DNA of 64,000 nt from Minisyncoccia bacterium (lineage in GTDB: Bacteria; Patescibacteriota; Minisyncoccia; Phycocordibacterales; Phycocordibacteraceae). Shown piece after piece: positions 10,688-20,427 of the stretch. Where the stretch lies: the NCBI GenBank assembly GCA_041485695.1, contig JBGPJZ010000002.1, positions 65,499 to 129,498 on the forward strand, written 5' to 3'. The notes below the pieces were generated by a model. That model worked only from the letters and a program-made list of their open reading frames with translations. It had not been told where the DNA came from and searched no databases. The position numbers and the translations under genes were made by a program. Each line of letters starts with the position of its first letter. The stretch's first letter is position 1.

Positions 10688-11845
10688 TTATACTGCAGTG
10701 CCTTCAGATTCGCGAGGGAAGGCAAAACGGTATACAAGGTGTGTCAGTACGCCGAGCATGTAGACGATGGCGAGCGCAGTAACGAATCCGCCGATATAGG
10801 GCAAGGACCACACGAGAAAGAGTACGAGCATCCCGAAAACGGCATCGCTCCATCGAAGCTCGGTGCGCTTAAAGAGGTCGTGCGCAAGGTACGAACCGAT
10901 GACAATCGCCGCGTAAATAAAAGCGAGCGGAATAAGGAGCAGGTACGCGAGGCCAAGGATGAGAGCGAGGCCGAGACCGACGAAAGTGACTGCGAGGATG
11001 AGCAGCAATACAGGTGTCGCTACGAGGACGCCGAAACCGAGTAGGAGGGTGAGGAGCGCGCGACGCACTGATACGTGAGTTGCCCTAGTGACTACGCGGT
11101 CGACAAACGTGGGAAAAATTCCTGCAAGGAGCCCTGCGAGAATAAGCGCGCCAAGAATCTTTACGAAAAGAAAGACGCCAAAGGAAGCGAGAGCGATGGC
11201 GCGCGCCTCTTTAGAGGTGGGAAGATACGACGCTCCTGTGTAATGGACGCCTCCGGCAATAGTCGCCGAACTGGGGATGTTCGCTTGTTCGGGCGCCTGA
11301 TAGCGGAGCTCACCGCGAATCACCGCCCCTGGGAGGAGCGTAACGCGGCTGCCGGCAATCACCTCGACGTCACTGAGGAATGTGCCTCCGAGCGATATGG
11401 TGTTGCCATAGACGGTGACGGGGCCGGCGGCGCCCTTAGTCATGCTTACGTCTCCTGCAGCAATAAGCACGTTCGCTCCCCCGCCACCCGAGTCGACAAC
11501 CGAGCCGCCGAAAGCAACAAGATCGCCACCGACGGCTCCAGAAAGCGTGATGCTCCCGCCCATAAGCCGGGCATCGCCAGCAACGGGAGCGTTAATGTGA
11601 AGCGAACCGCCCGCAAGCGACAGGTCGCCGCCAACAGCAGCCTCAACGGAGAGCGACCCACCGGCTGCCGTGAAATCGCCCTTGATTGGCGTAGTGACAG
11701 CAACCGTGCCGCCAATAGCGTAGACATTGGCTGGGGTCGTTGTCGCGATTAAGATGCTGCTCCCGCTCACGAAAGCGGGAGCAGCTGCTGCTGCCGCACT
11801 CCCCGGGAGCGTAACGAGAGCGAGCGTAAGGAGAAGCCGGGTCAT
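10688..11845 (-). CDS. Exported beta-helix (bactofilin-like repeat) membrane protein
   Basis: Signal peptide, GD-x-x-x-x-GG repeats and a C-terminal multi-TM domain; ATGA overlap with the VKOR stop. Confidence 0.8.
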   Translation of the reverse strand: MTRLLLTLALVTLPGSAAAAAAPAFVSGSSILIATTTPANVYAIGGTVAVTTPIKGDFTAAGGSLSVEAAVGGDLSLAGGSLHINAPVAGDARLMGGSITLSGAVGGDLVAFGGSVVDSGGGGANVLIAAGDVSMTKGAAGPVTVYGNTISLGGTFLSDVEVIAGSRVTLLPGAVIRGELRYQAPEQANIPSSATIAGGVHYTGASYLPTSKEARAIALASFGVFLFVKILGALILAGLLAGIFPTFVDRVVTRATHVSVRRALLTLLLGFGVLVATPVLLLILAVTFVGLGLALILGLAYLLLIPLAFIYAAIVIGSYLAHDLFKRTELRWSDAVFGMLVLFLVWSLPYIGGFVTALAIVYMLGVLTHLVYRFAFPRESEGTAV

Positions 11846-12333
11846 GTCTGGGGTGGCGGTAAGACGAGAGTCGAGCGGAAGCGTGGTGGAGGCATCTCGA
11901 TAACGGTCATGCGGGGAGCAAGCGGCTCGATGAAATAAGCAAGAATGAAGACCAAGAGCGAAATGAGCGCCGAGAGCGAACAATAAATACACAGCGCGTT
12001 AATGACGGAAAGCTGGATAAATATGAAGTAGGCCGAGGCAATAAGGCCGAGAGCAACGAGTCCTTGTATCACGCGTCGAACATGCACTTGCACATACATC
12101 ACTTCAACCGCCGCGAGAATGAACAGGAGCGTGTAAAAAGCGACACCGTAGTCGGCGAGAGGGATCCCGAGGATATGCGAATAGGGGCTCTCGGCTACGA
12201 CGTTACAGCCGGAGAGCCCAGCGATATCGCAAATGAGGGGAATGCCCGAGAAGGCCTCTTTAGCGAGGTACACGGAGTCTGAAAGGCCGAAAAAGGCAAG
12301 GAGGAGTATGAGCCAGACCGCGAGCCGTTTCAT
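11842..12333 (-). CDS. Vitamin K epoxide reductase (VKOR) family protein
   Basis: C-x6-C..V..SPYS..LGIPL and CIYC motifs. Confidence 0.9.
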   Translation of the reverse strand: MKRLAVWLILLLAFFGLSDSVYLAKEAFSGIPLICDIAGLSGCNVVAESPYSHILGIPLADYGVAFYTLLFILAAVEVMYVQVHVRRVIQGLVALGLIASAYFIFIQLSVINALCIYCSLSALISLLVFILAYFIEPLAPRMTVIEMPPPRFRSTLVLPPPQT

Positions 12334-12371
12334 ACTGGGCATCGTACGCTCCCGAGTGATATTCTTCAAGC

Positions 12372-12734
12372 ATGAAGGAGCTCACTCCCGAAGAACGCCG
12401 TGTCATGCTTGAGGGCGGCACCGAAGCGCCCTTTACCGGAGAATATGTTGACAACCACGAGCCGGGCGTCTACCGCTGTAAGCAGTGCGGCAACGTCCTC
12501 TTCACCTCCGCACAAAAGTTCGACTCCGGCACCGGCTGGCCCTCGTTTACCGACCCCGCGGTCGCCGAAAACGTCGGCACGCGCCTCGATGCAGACAGAA
12601 GCCGCACTGAAGTCTACTGCAAGAACTGCGGCGGCCATTTAGGCCACGTATTTAACGACGGCCCTGCAGACAAAAGCGGCAAGCGCTACTGCATCAACTC
12701 CGTCTGCCTCGATTTTGAAGCAGAGAAAAAGTAA
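12372..12734 (+). CDS. msrB: Peptide-methionine (R)-S-oxide reductase
   Basis: GTEAPFTG, KFDSGTGWPSF, HLGHVF and RYCINS motifs. Confidence 0.97.
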   Translation: MKELTPEERRVMLEGGTEAPFTGEYVDNHEPGVYRCKQCGNVLFTSAQKFDSGTGWPSFTDPAVAENVGTRLDADRSRTEVYCKNCGGHLGHVFNDGPADKSGKRYCINSVCLDFEAEKK

Positions 12735-12771
12735 TAAGGTAGCACTATAACACTGCCCCCTCTTACTTGTT

Positions 12772-13338
12772 TTAATCGTTTGATTTGTGGTTCGACGTCG
12801 AGGACGCGGTGGTCGTACCAACTTTATTATCGTTTGATAACCCCTTGCCGCAACGGCGCTCGAAGAATCCGCGGGTGAGCGGCCCCACGGTGCCTGTCGT
12901 GGTCGAAGCGATGCTGTTCTTTAATTGGAAACGCTTCAGCGCCTCTGCCGTCAAGGAGCCGAAATAGCCGGTCGATGACGCAGTAAAATTACGATCATCG
13001 TCTTCTTTCAGCATCTCTTGCAGCTTCCTCACATCGTCCCCGCGCGAGCCGATGCCGAGGTCGCGATAAAGGGCGATGCAAACCATCTTTCCAACTTGGC
13101 CGGGAGCGGTCGAGGGCTTCTTGTCTTCGTTCTCGCCTGAACGTGGCGGCGCCTGTCCGTTCAGTACCGCGCGCACCGTGTCAACGGTTTTCGTATCTAC
13201 ATTGAATGACTGTAGCAAGGTAAGGACCGAATTAATCTGGTTCGTAGTGAGCCCTGCCGCTTGCACGGGAGAGGCGGTCGTAAAGAGGGCGAGGGCGAAG
13301 GCTGCACTCGTGAGGGTGACTTTGATTGATGGGCGCAT
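12772..13338 (-). CDS. Secreted protein with a peptidoglycan-binding domain
   Basis: Signal peptide; L-x-x-GSRGDDVRKLQ..TGYFGSLTAEALKRFQ..TGTVGPLTR. Confidence 0.85.
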   Translation of the reverse strand: MRPSIKVTLTSAAFALALFTTASPVQAAGLTTNQINSVLTLLQSFNVDTKTVDTVRAVLNGQAPPRSGENEDKKPSTAPGQVGKMVCIALYRDLGIGSRGDDVRKLQEMLKEDDDRNFTASSTGYFGSLTAEALKRFQLKNSIASTTTGTVGPLTRGFFERRCGKGLSNDNKVGTTTASSTSNHKSND

Positions 13339-13488
13339 AATTCGATAATGTAAAGTCGTATAAATAGCGCGGAACGACCCGCTCCCCCTAGCGTATCACG
13401 AATCGGACCCCCACGTGCGACCATCCTACCACTACGACAAGTTCTTATAGACAGGAGTTGCTGACGACTTATCAATTACTTCATCAGT

Positions 13489-13662
13489 ATGAAGATATTC
13501 GGCGCTCTGGGATTCGGCGTATTCCTGATGGTGCTTGCAGCACTCATGCCCCCGGTACTTGCGGAGCTCACGAACACCCTTGTGGTCGTCTTGCAAAGTT
13601 CGGCCAAGGCATTCGTCGCGGCGGGCATCATCGCGGCATACGCAGGACACATCCCTCACTGA
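13489..13662 (+). CDS. Small membrane protein (57 aa), not in the ORF track
   Basis: MKIFGALGFGVFLMVLAALMPPVLAELTNTLVVVLQSSAKAFVAAGIIAAYAGHIPH; ends just before the hairpin at 13665-13690. Confidence 0.6.
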   Translation: MKIFGALGFGVFLMVLAALMPPVLAELTNTLVVVLQSSAKAFVAAGIIAAYAGHIPH

Positions 13663-13664
13663 CC

Positions 13665-13690
13665 CAAGGCCGGACAGTAGTCCGGCCTTG
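13665..13690. terminator. Hairpin between convergent genes
   Basis: CAAGGCCGGAC-agta-GTCCGGCCTTG. Confidence 0.6.
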
Positions 13691-15256
13691 TTATGCTGCA
13701 AGCGGCATCGTGAACCAAAAGGTGCTCCCCTTCCCCTCTCCTTCGCTCACAATGCCGATACGGCCGCCCTGCCGGTCAACGATATTCTTTGAAAGCGAGA
13801 GCCCCAGACCCACTCCCTCGGTGTCAGCTGTGCGGGCCGCATTCGTACGATAAAAACTCGAAAAGATATTTTCTTGATCCTCGCGATTAACACCAATGCC
13901 GGTGTCGGTCACTGCAAAACGTACACCGTGCCGATCCGGCGCCACGGTGATGTGGACCTTCCCTCCCGCAGGCGTATACATGACGGCGTTTTCTACGAGC
14001 ACCTCAGCGACAAGAGCAAGCCGGCGCGCATCCCCGAGAGCTAAGGGGGGATTCTCAGCGTCTACCGATACGGCAAGTTTTTTCTCCGCAATTTGAGTTG
14101 CGAAGCGCTTCACGGCCTCCCAGGCAAGATGCCGCAAATCGACAGGAATCTGCTGGTAATCGTAGGTCCCGCCCGGATGCGCTGCTTCCATAAGGACATT
14201 GGTGAGCTCGATGAGTTGGTTATTGGCGTCATCAATGCGCCGTATCCCCTCACGAAGGTCGTGGTTAGTACCCGCTTGCGCAAGGAGTTCCGGGATGACC
14301 CAGCGAATGCGCGTAAGAGGGGTCCGCAACTTGTGTGTGGCAACCGTGATGAACTCGTATTTCAGCTTTTCAGACTCTCGCGCCTGCTTAAGGACCGACC
14401 GGCCGATAATGAATGCGACGATGGCAACGATGACCGGTACTGTCCAAAACTGGAAGCCCGGTATTGTGCGCTCCAAAAATCCGTTGAAGAGGATGAGAGC
14501 GACCAGGAACGCGGCGATTGCCGCGATGCTAAAGGCATAATAGAACGCGCGTCGAACGACGAGCCGGATATCAAGGAGATCGGTCGCGAAGACGCCGTAC
14601 GCGACCGGAATCAAATAGAAACCGACGAATGAGCCGAACACGGGGTCAAAGGGAATGTTGAACACCAAGAGAAAATTGAGGCAACCGATTGAGTAGCCGA
14701 CCGCGATCATCAAAATGAAATATTCGAGTCGCTGGCGTTCAATCCCGGCTGAAAGTCGGTAGGCGTTGACCAGATTCGCGACCGCGACGAACAAGGCACC
14801 GAAGAAATAGACGAGCATGACGATATACCACCACCCGGCGGTGAGATAAAAGGGGAAGTAGAGCTTCGGCACGACGTCAGGGAGAAACCACGTGGGGTGA
14901 AACCAGGGGACGATGAAGACGACGGCGCCGATAAGGTAGGTAGCGATAATAAACCAGCGCCATTCCCGATCTCTCTTGATGACACGAAAGATAAAATGTA
15001 CGACGGCCATCGGGATGATGGTGTCGAAGATATTCAAGAACCACCAAAAATAGGCAGCATCGTGTGCGGTCTGCAAGGAGGCAATGATGAAAAAGACCGT
15101 GTAGAGGAGAGTGGTAACGGTGATGAAGAAAAAGAGCCAGTTGATGTCGCGCCGCGGATTCTGAAATAAGACGAAGAGCCCGCCAATGAAGATGATTGCC
15201 CCCGAAACGGCGTTAGCACCGACCGTAATCCAAAGTTCGTTTGCAAACCCGGCCAT
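13691..15256 (-). CDS. Multi-TM sensor histidine kinase
   Basis: THKLRTPL H-box, ENAVMYT N-box, DTGIG and GLGL G-boxes; many N-terminal TM helices. Confidence 0.93.
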   Translation of the reverse strand: MAGFANELWITVGANAVSGAIIFIGGLFVLFQNPRRDINWLFFFITVTTLLYTVFFIIASLQTAHDAAYFWWFLNIFDTIIPMAVVHFIFRVIKRDREWRWFIIATYLIGAVVFIVPWFHPTWFLPDVVPKLYFPFYLTAGWWYIVMLVYFFGALFVAVANLVNAYRLSAGIERQRLEYFILMIAVGYSIGCLNFLLVFNIPFDPVFGSFVGFYLIPVAYGVFATDLLDIRLVVRRAFYYAFSIAAIAAFLVALILFNGFLERTIPGFQFWTVPVIVAIVAFIIGRSVLKQARESEKLKYEFITVATHKLRTPLTRIRWVIPELLAQAGTNHDLREGIRRIDDANNQLIELTNVLMEAAHPGGTYDYQQIPVDLRHLAWEAVKRFATQIAEKKLAVSVDAENPPLALGDARRLALVAEVLVENAVMYTPAGGKVHITVAPDRHGVRFAVTDTGIGVNREDQENIFSSFYRTNAARTADTEGVGLGLSLSKNIVDRQGGRIGIVSEGEGKGSTFWFTMPLAA

Positions 15257-15258
15257 GG

Positions 15259-15654
15259 CTATCCGAGCTGTTTCTTGATTGCTTCGACGATTGCCGAGGG
15301 CAGCGTCATTGCCTTAACGAAAAAGCCGGCTGCGCCAAGAGCAACTGTCTCGCGCTGATCAGCTTCAGCGGAGAGATTCGAGAGGACGAACACAGGGATT
15401 TCTTTTGTAGCCGAATCGCTCTTAAGGCGCTTCAAGACCTCTTTGCCATCAATCTTGGGAAGAACGAGATCGAGGAGAATGAGATCAGGCTTCTCTTTGC
15501 CGACCAGGGCAAGTCCTGTTTCACCGTCACTTGCGACCGCCGTCGTGTATCCAGCTTCAGTTAAAAGACGGCTCATCGTGCCTGCGAAAAACGGCTCATC
15601 CTCGATATATACGATTCGAATACGTTCACCGCTTATGTTTTGGGGGGCATCCAT
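15259..15654 (-). CDS. Single-domain response regulator (receiver only)
   Basis: IEDE, PDLILLDLVLP and FFVK motifs; start 8 nt after TATACT. Confidence 0.92.
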   Translation of the reverse strand: MDAPQNISGERIRIVYIEDEPFFAGTMSRLLTEAGYTTAVASDGETGLALVGKEKPDLILLDLVLPKIDGKEVLKRLKSDSATKEIPVFVLSNLSAEADQRETVALGAAGFFVKAMTLPSAIVEAIKKQLG

Positions 15655-15743
15655 ATACGAATAGTATAACCCACTCCTTAAAAAAGGGGAGCCTGCAGTT
15701 GCGTTATGGGTGTTCATTGTGGTAGAGTCGCTTTACTAACGCT

Positions 15744-16316
15744 TTGAGTACCGAACGACTACTACTAAACAACGAGATCCGTGCGCGTGAACTGCGCGTT
15801 ATCGGCGCCCAAGGTGAGAACCTCGGGGTCCTCTCCATTGAGGATGCCTTGGCGGCCGCCAAGGCGGCAGGTCTTGACCTTATCGAGATTTCGCCCTTGG
15901 CCGTGCCGCCGGTTGCTAAGATTACCGATTATGGTAAATTTGAGTACGAGCGAAGTAAGAAAGAGAAGGCCGTAAAGGCCAAAGCCGTTGTATCGGAGAC
16001 CAAGGAGGTCCAGATCAAGGTCGGTACTGGGGAGCACGATGTGATGCTCAAAGCCAAAAAGACAGCCGAATGGCTTGCCGAGGGGCACCGTGTGCGCGCA
16101 GAGCTTTTCCTTAAAGGGCGATACAAGGGGATGGAGGAAGCCTTTCTTAGAGAACGGCTTGAGAAGTTCCTCCTCCGTATCCCCTACGCGTACCGCATCG
16201 CCGAACCGATCGAACGGAGCCCGAAGGGCTTCGCCGGGGTCATCGAACGCGATAAGGAAGCGCAAGCGAAGCGCGAGAAGGAGCAGAAGCTCCACACAAA
16301 AAATGAAAACCAATAA
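15744..16316 (+). CDS. infC: Translation initiation factor IF-3 (non-AUG TTG start)
   Basis: NNEIRARELRVI and PPVAKITDYGKF; first gene of infC-rpmI-rplT. Confidence 0.96.
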   Translation: MSTERLLLNNEIRARELRVIGAQGENLGVLSIEDALAAAKAAGLDLIEISPLAVPPVAKITDYGKFEYERSKKEKAVKAKAVVSETKEVQIKVGTGEHDVMLKAKKTAEWLAEGHRVRAELFLKGRYKGMEEAFLRERLEKFLLRIPYAYRIAEPIERSPKGFAGVIERDKEAQAKREKEQKLHTKNENQ

Positions 16317-16488
16317 ATCATATTTAAAACGAGTTCGCGTCACCCGAAACGGCAAGATTATTGCGCGTGTGAAGGGGCAGAATCATTTCAATGCGAAAGC
16401 ATCTGGCAATAAGCGCCGCGGCAAGCGCGCGGACGTTACGCTTGTCTTTACCGCGCGCGCGCGCCGACGCTTTCTCCCAGGCTCATAA
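16303..16488 (+). CDS. rpmI: 50S ribosomal protein bL35
   Basis: MKTNKSYLKRVRVTRNGK...HFNAK; lies between infC and rplT. Confidence 0.9.
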   Translation: MKTNKSYLKRVRVTRNGKIIARVKGQNHFNAKASGNKRRGKRADVTLVFTARARRRFLPGS

Positions 16489-16523
16489 TTCAAGTTCTTA
16501 CTTAACTGCGTAATCACTAACGT

Positions 16524-16871
16524 ATGGCACGAGTAAAAGGTGGAGTCATGGCGCAGAAGCGCCGTAAGAATATCCTCGCGCGAGCGAAGGGCTATCGCCA
16601 TGGGCGCTCGAAGAAGGAGCGCTATGCGCACGAGGCACTCCTCCATGCTGGTAAGTATGCGTTTGCGCACCGCAAAGACAAAAAGAATGACTTTCGCTCG
16701 CTCTGGATTGTCCGCCTCAATGCCGCAGTACGTGATAATGGCCACGCCTCCTACAGCCAATTTATCGGGAAGCTGAAGAAAGGCGGTATGCAGCTCGACC
16801 GCAAAGTCCTCGCCCAGTTCGCCGCCGACCACCCCGAGGTCTTCGCCCGCATCGCTAAGAAAGTTTCGTAA
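16524..16871 (+). CDS. rplT: 50S ribosomal protein bL20
   Basis: MARVKGG..AKGY..FRSLWIVRLNAA..LDRKVLA. Confidence 0.98.
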   Translation: MARVKGGVMAQKRRKNILARAKGYRHGRSKKERYAHEALLHAGKYAFAHRKDKKNDFRSLWIVRLNAAVRDNGHASYSQFIGKLKKGGMQLDRKVLAQFAADHPEVFARIAKKVS

Positions 16872-18243
16872 CTTTCTCTTTTGTAATCTCCCAGGTTTGG
16901 CCGAGCTCGGGGGCGATGGCGCGAGCACCGAGATAGTCGTGGATACGCTGGGCGAGGAAGTGTGAGGCCGCTGGCTCACCGAGCGCAGTGAAAATCGCCT
17001 TAGGTCTTTTATTAACAAGCGCCGCCTTGGCAAATTTAAGGAGCTCATCTCTATCGGCATGCGCCGACCATCCCTCAAGTAGCTCTATTTTTGCTCTAAT
17101 GTGAACCTCTTGGCCATTGAGACGCACTGAAGACGCTCCTTCCTGTATTTGCCGGCCCGGAGAGCCAGGAGCTTGGTACCCGACCATAAAAAGGGTCGTT
17201 TTGGGGTCGGGTAGGTACTTAATCTCGTGCTTACCGATGCGACCTCCGTGGCTCATCCCCGCCCCTGCGATGATTATTTTTGGGTTAGGAGCCGCATCTA
17301 TCTTCTCCGATTCGGTGTTGTGGGGTGTTTGGGTAAGAAACGGGAATTTGAACAAACTTTTTTCTCGCTTCATCTCCTCTTCTGCTGCTGGTTTGAAATA
17401 GGTGCTCCCCCACTTCTCGTACACCCGGGTCACGTCAATCGCAAGCGGTGAATCAAGAAAGACAGGGATTTTGGGCAAATCGCCCGTAGCAAAAAAGTTT
17501 GAGAGCTCGTAGAGCATGAGTTGCGTACGCTCCATAGCAAAGGCAGGGATGAGGATAGCGCCACCCCGTTTAATCGCAAGTTGAAGTCTCCCTTTGAGCA
17601 GCAAATCCCGTGTTGCTCGCGGAGGATGGACTCGGTCACCGTACACACTCTCCATAACGAGAGCATCGGCGTCCGGCACCGGCTCCCAGTCAGGCAATAA
17701 GGGCGAGGGCGAGTTGCCTATATCGCCCGTAAGTACGAGCGTGGTACCATCGCCAGCCGTAATACGTACGCTTGCCGAGCCTAAGATATGGCCCGTGTTG
17801 CGCAGATAGATTGAAAGCTCCGGAGCGACCTCCTTCTCTTCATGGTAGCTAAGCGTTTTGACGAGAGCGAAGGTAGCGTCGACATCGCTGGCTTCATACA
17901 ATACTGGTAAATTACGCCGATGCGCCTCTTTAGCAAGAATGTCGATACTATCGCGCAAAATAAGTTCGGCTAGGTCCCGGGTAGGCGGCGTCATATAGAT
18001 GTCGCCGCGAAAGCCGTCTCTCACTAACTTTGGTATGCGGCCCACATGATCGAGATGCGAATGAGTCACCACGAGCGCCTGTATCTCTTTCGGGTCATAA
18101 GGGAAATCACCGTATACGCATGACTCGCAAAAGTCAGCCCCTTGCTCGATACCACAATCGACTAAGATCTTCTGGCCGTCTTCTTCAATTAAAAAATTCG
18201 AACCGGTCACCTTCCCTGCTCCACCATAAAACGTCAGTCGCAT
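16855..18243 (-). CDS. MBL-fold beta-CASP ribonuclease
   Basis: GGAGKVTGS, THSHLDHVG, GHILGS, MESVYG and SAHAD motifs. Confidence 0.93.
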   Translation of the reverse strand: MRLTFYGGAGKVTGSNFLIEEDGQKILVDCGIEQGADFCESCVYGDFPYDPKEIQALVVTHSHLDHVGRIPKLVRDGFRGDIYMTPPTRDLAELILRDSIDILAKEAHRRNLPVLYEASDVDATFALVKTLSYHEEKEVAPELSIYLRNTGHILGSASVRITAGDGTTLVLTGDIGNSPSPLLPDWEPVPDADALVMESVYGDRVHPPRATRDLLLKGRLQLAIKRGGAILIPAFAMERTQLMLYELSNFFATGDLPKIPVFLDSPLAIDVTRVYEKWGSTYFKPAAEEEMKREKSLFKFPFLTQTPHNTESEKIDAAPNPKIIIAGAGMSHGGRIGKHEIKYLPDPKTTLFMVGYQAPGSPGRQIQEGASSVRLNGQEVHIRAKIELLEGWSAHADRDELLKFAKAALVNKRPKAIFTALGEPAASHFLAQRIHDYLGARAIAPELGQTWEITKEKVTKLS

Positions 18244-18290
18244 TGGGAGACTCTACCACGAGAAAATCCGCCAAGAGGGCGGATGTTCTC

Positions 18291-18437
18291 GTGGAGCCAC
18301 TATAAGAGTGCAACTTAATTATGCCAGGCGGGTGTCCGCATCGCGTCTATCGGAACTCCGTGAGGAACTCGACCAAAACGCGTGAATCTAAGACTCCCAA
18401 AGGAGAGGCAAGTTGCGTTTTTAAAGAGTGGCTCCAC
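18291..18437. ncRNA. Rod-shaped structured RNA, 6S RNA candidate
   Basis: 11-bp plus 14-bp outer helices enclosing a multibranch centre and an apical stem; strand ambiguous. Confidence 0.6.
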
Positions 18438-18466
18438 TAAAAAGTATACACCCCCTGTCAAGCGCT

Positions 18467-19048
18467 TTATTCGCCGTGGCGCTTGTAGCTATGAAGGGGG
18501 CTCTTGCCGAACCAGTGTTCAATCTCGTGTGCAGCTTCTTCTGGAGTCTCGGAGGCATGCATGATATTGGCGACCGCACGCTTCTCCGCGTTCGCGACCG
18601 CAGGCGAGTCGTTGGAGAAATCGCCGCGGATAGTGCCCATATCAGCGATATAGGGCATCGTCGGCCCCGCTATTTTGCGCACCATATCTACCGCATGAGT
18701 CCCTTCGACCACCATTTTCACCAAGGGCGCCGAAACCATGTAATCGACCACCCACTTGCGCACTTCTGGGCCAATTTTTACGGGGTCGTCAGTACCAAAA
18801 TCTTCAAGCGGGTCATAACCATACTTTTTATACGTTTCAAGAGTTTTATGCCCGAGCCGGGTAATCCACACTTCTTCCTTCGGGTAGTGATTATCTATGA
18901 GGTCTCGCGTCGGTTGAAACATCTCAAGCGCCACTATCTTCAAATCGCGCTGTTCGAAACGCTTGATGATCTCGCCGATGAGGCCCTTCTTGACCCCATC
19001 GGGCTTAATCATCACGTAGGTACGCTCCTCTCTCGGGTTTCTTTTCAT
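18467..19048 (-). CDS. ndk: Nucleoside diphosphate kinase
   Basis: ERTYVMIKPDGV, GTIRGDF and NIMHAS motifs. Confidence 0.96.
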   Translation of the reverse strand: MKRNPREERTYVMIKPDGVKKGLIGEIIKRFEQRDLKIVALEMFQPTRDLIDNHYPKEEVWITRLGHKTLETYKKYGYDPLEDFGTDDPVKIGPEVRKWVVDYMVSAPLVKMVVEGTHAVDMVRKIAGPTMPYIADMGTIRGDFSNDSPAVANAEKRAVANIMHASETPEEAAHEIEHWFGKSPLHSYKRHGE

Positions 19049-19072
19049 GAAATAAAAATGCGCCTAAGGCGG

Positions 19073-19837
19073 TTATGCGGTGATGATACGCGTTCCTGCC
19101 TTTTCGAGCAAGATGGTGTGTTCGAAGTGAGCACTCTTGGAGCCGTCACGGGTTCGATAAGTGTAGCCGTCGGGAGCGAGCGTAACTGCACCTTTGCCGG
19201 CGTTCGCGATAGGTTCGAGCGCAAGCACCATGCCCTCTATAAGTTCCTCACCTGCTCCTTCATGGCCAACATTAGGCACGAAGGGCCCTTCATGGACATG
19301 CTCGCCTACCCCATGACCACCAAGCACCTTCACAACCGAAAAATGTGTGCCTTTATACGTCTCCTCAATCGCATGCGAGATGTCGCCGACGCGGCCGCCA
19401 ACTCTGGCGGCCGCGATACCATTCGCAAGCGCAAGCTCCGTCGTCTGCAAAAGGCTCTCTGTCTCTGTATCTATCTTCCCTACAGGTACCGTAATCGCTG
19501 CATCGACAATAATGCCTTTATGCCGTAGCCCGAGATCGAGGCCAACAATATCACCCGTCTTCAAGACTTTCTTCGATTCATTCGGGATGCCGTGCACTAC
19601 TTCATCGTTAATCGAAACACAAAGCGTCGCCGGGTACGGGCGAGAAGCTCCTTCGGGTGTATACCCCAAAAATGCCGGTTCATCACCGCTGTCGCGTATC
19701 ATCTGCTCGGCGAGATCGTCTAATGCTTCAGCGGTAACTCCGGGCGCGACCTTTGCGCGAAGCGCCTTTAAAACGGCGCCGAGCCGATGCCCCGCTTCTA
19801 TCAAATTCTCGCGTTCTTCGTCAGTACGGATGATCAT
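19073..19837 (-). CDS. map: Methionine aminopeptidase type I
   Basis: CVSINDEVVHGIP, GHGVG and SAHFEHT motifs. Confidence 0.97.
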   Translation of the reverse strand: MIIRTDEERENLIEAGHRLGAVLKALRAKVAPGVTAEALDDLAEQMIRDSGDEPAFLGYTPEGASRPYPATLCVSINDEVVHGIPNESKKVLKTGDIVGLDLGLRHKGIIVDAAITVPVGKIDTETESLLQTTELALANGIAAARVGGRVGDISHAIEETYKGTHFSVVKVLGGHGVGEHVHEGPFVPNVGHEGAGEELIEGMVLALEPIANAGKGAVTLAPDGYTYRTRDGSKSAHFEHTILLEKAGTRIITA

Positions 19838-20400
19838 GCAACACCTAAGGCTTTATTAATATCTTCAGCGATTTTCTCTGGTGCCTGTTCGCCGTTTACC
19901 TCAATAAGGCTCCCTGCTGCGCGAAAGATGTTGATGGCTGCTTCAGTGTGAGCGCTGTACTCCTTGAGGCGCTCTTCGACGACGCTATCATCGGCGCGAC
20001 CCTCTGTCTCTTTGCGGACAAGAAGCCTGCGGCGCACCTCTTCGTCTGAAACGACAATATTGACCACGGTAAAGGAGCGACCAAGCCACGCGAGCGATGA
20101 AACGATGAGCTCGGCCTCGGGCACCTTGCGGTTAAACCCGTCAAAAATGACGCTCGAGTCAGCTGAAAGCGAGAAAAGCGCTTTTTGATAGAGATACATC
20201 GCGAACCAGTGCGGCATAAGGGCGCCATTCCCCATCTCCGATTTCACTTTCCTGCCGACAGGCGTGTCCTCAAGAGCTATCTCTCGGAACTGCTTGCCGG
20301 CGGAGATGGTCGGCCAGCCGGTTTTCTCGCTTAACAGTTTCGCCTGGGTGCCTTTGCCGCACCCAGGCTTACCAACAAAAAAGATAGTGCGCGTATCCAT
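19834..20400 (-). CDS. adk: Adenylate kinase (short-LID type)
   Basis: GKPGCGKGTQA P-loop, DGFNR and GRADD; secY-adk-map synteny. Confidence 0.92.
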   Translation of the reverse strand: MDTRTIFFVGKPGCGKGTQAKLLSEKTGWPTISAGKQFREIALEDTPVGRKVKSEMGNGALMPHWFAMYLYQKALFSLSADSSVIFDGFNRKVPEAELIVSSLAWLGRSFTVVNIVVSDEEVRRRLLVRKETEGRADDSVVEERLKEYSAHTEAAINIFRAAGSLIEVNGEQAPEKIAEDINKALGVA

Positions 20401-20427
20401 GCTATTTACTCTAGCACCTTTGTAAAA

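Noticed and set aside
13430-13475. GAC-initiated direct repeats as response-regulator boxes
   Set aside because: Degenerate, unevenly spaced (14 and 13 bp), and the nearby regulator lacks a DNA-binding domain.
18428-19528. Long antisense ORFs (this one, 32791-33780, 34301-35419, 45128-46078)
   Set aside because: Shadow frames of conserved genes in GC-rich sequence.
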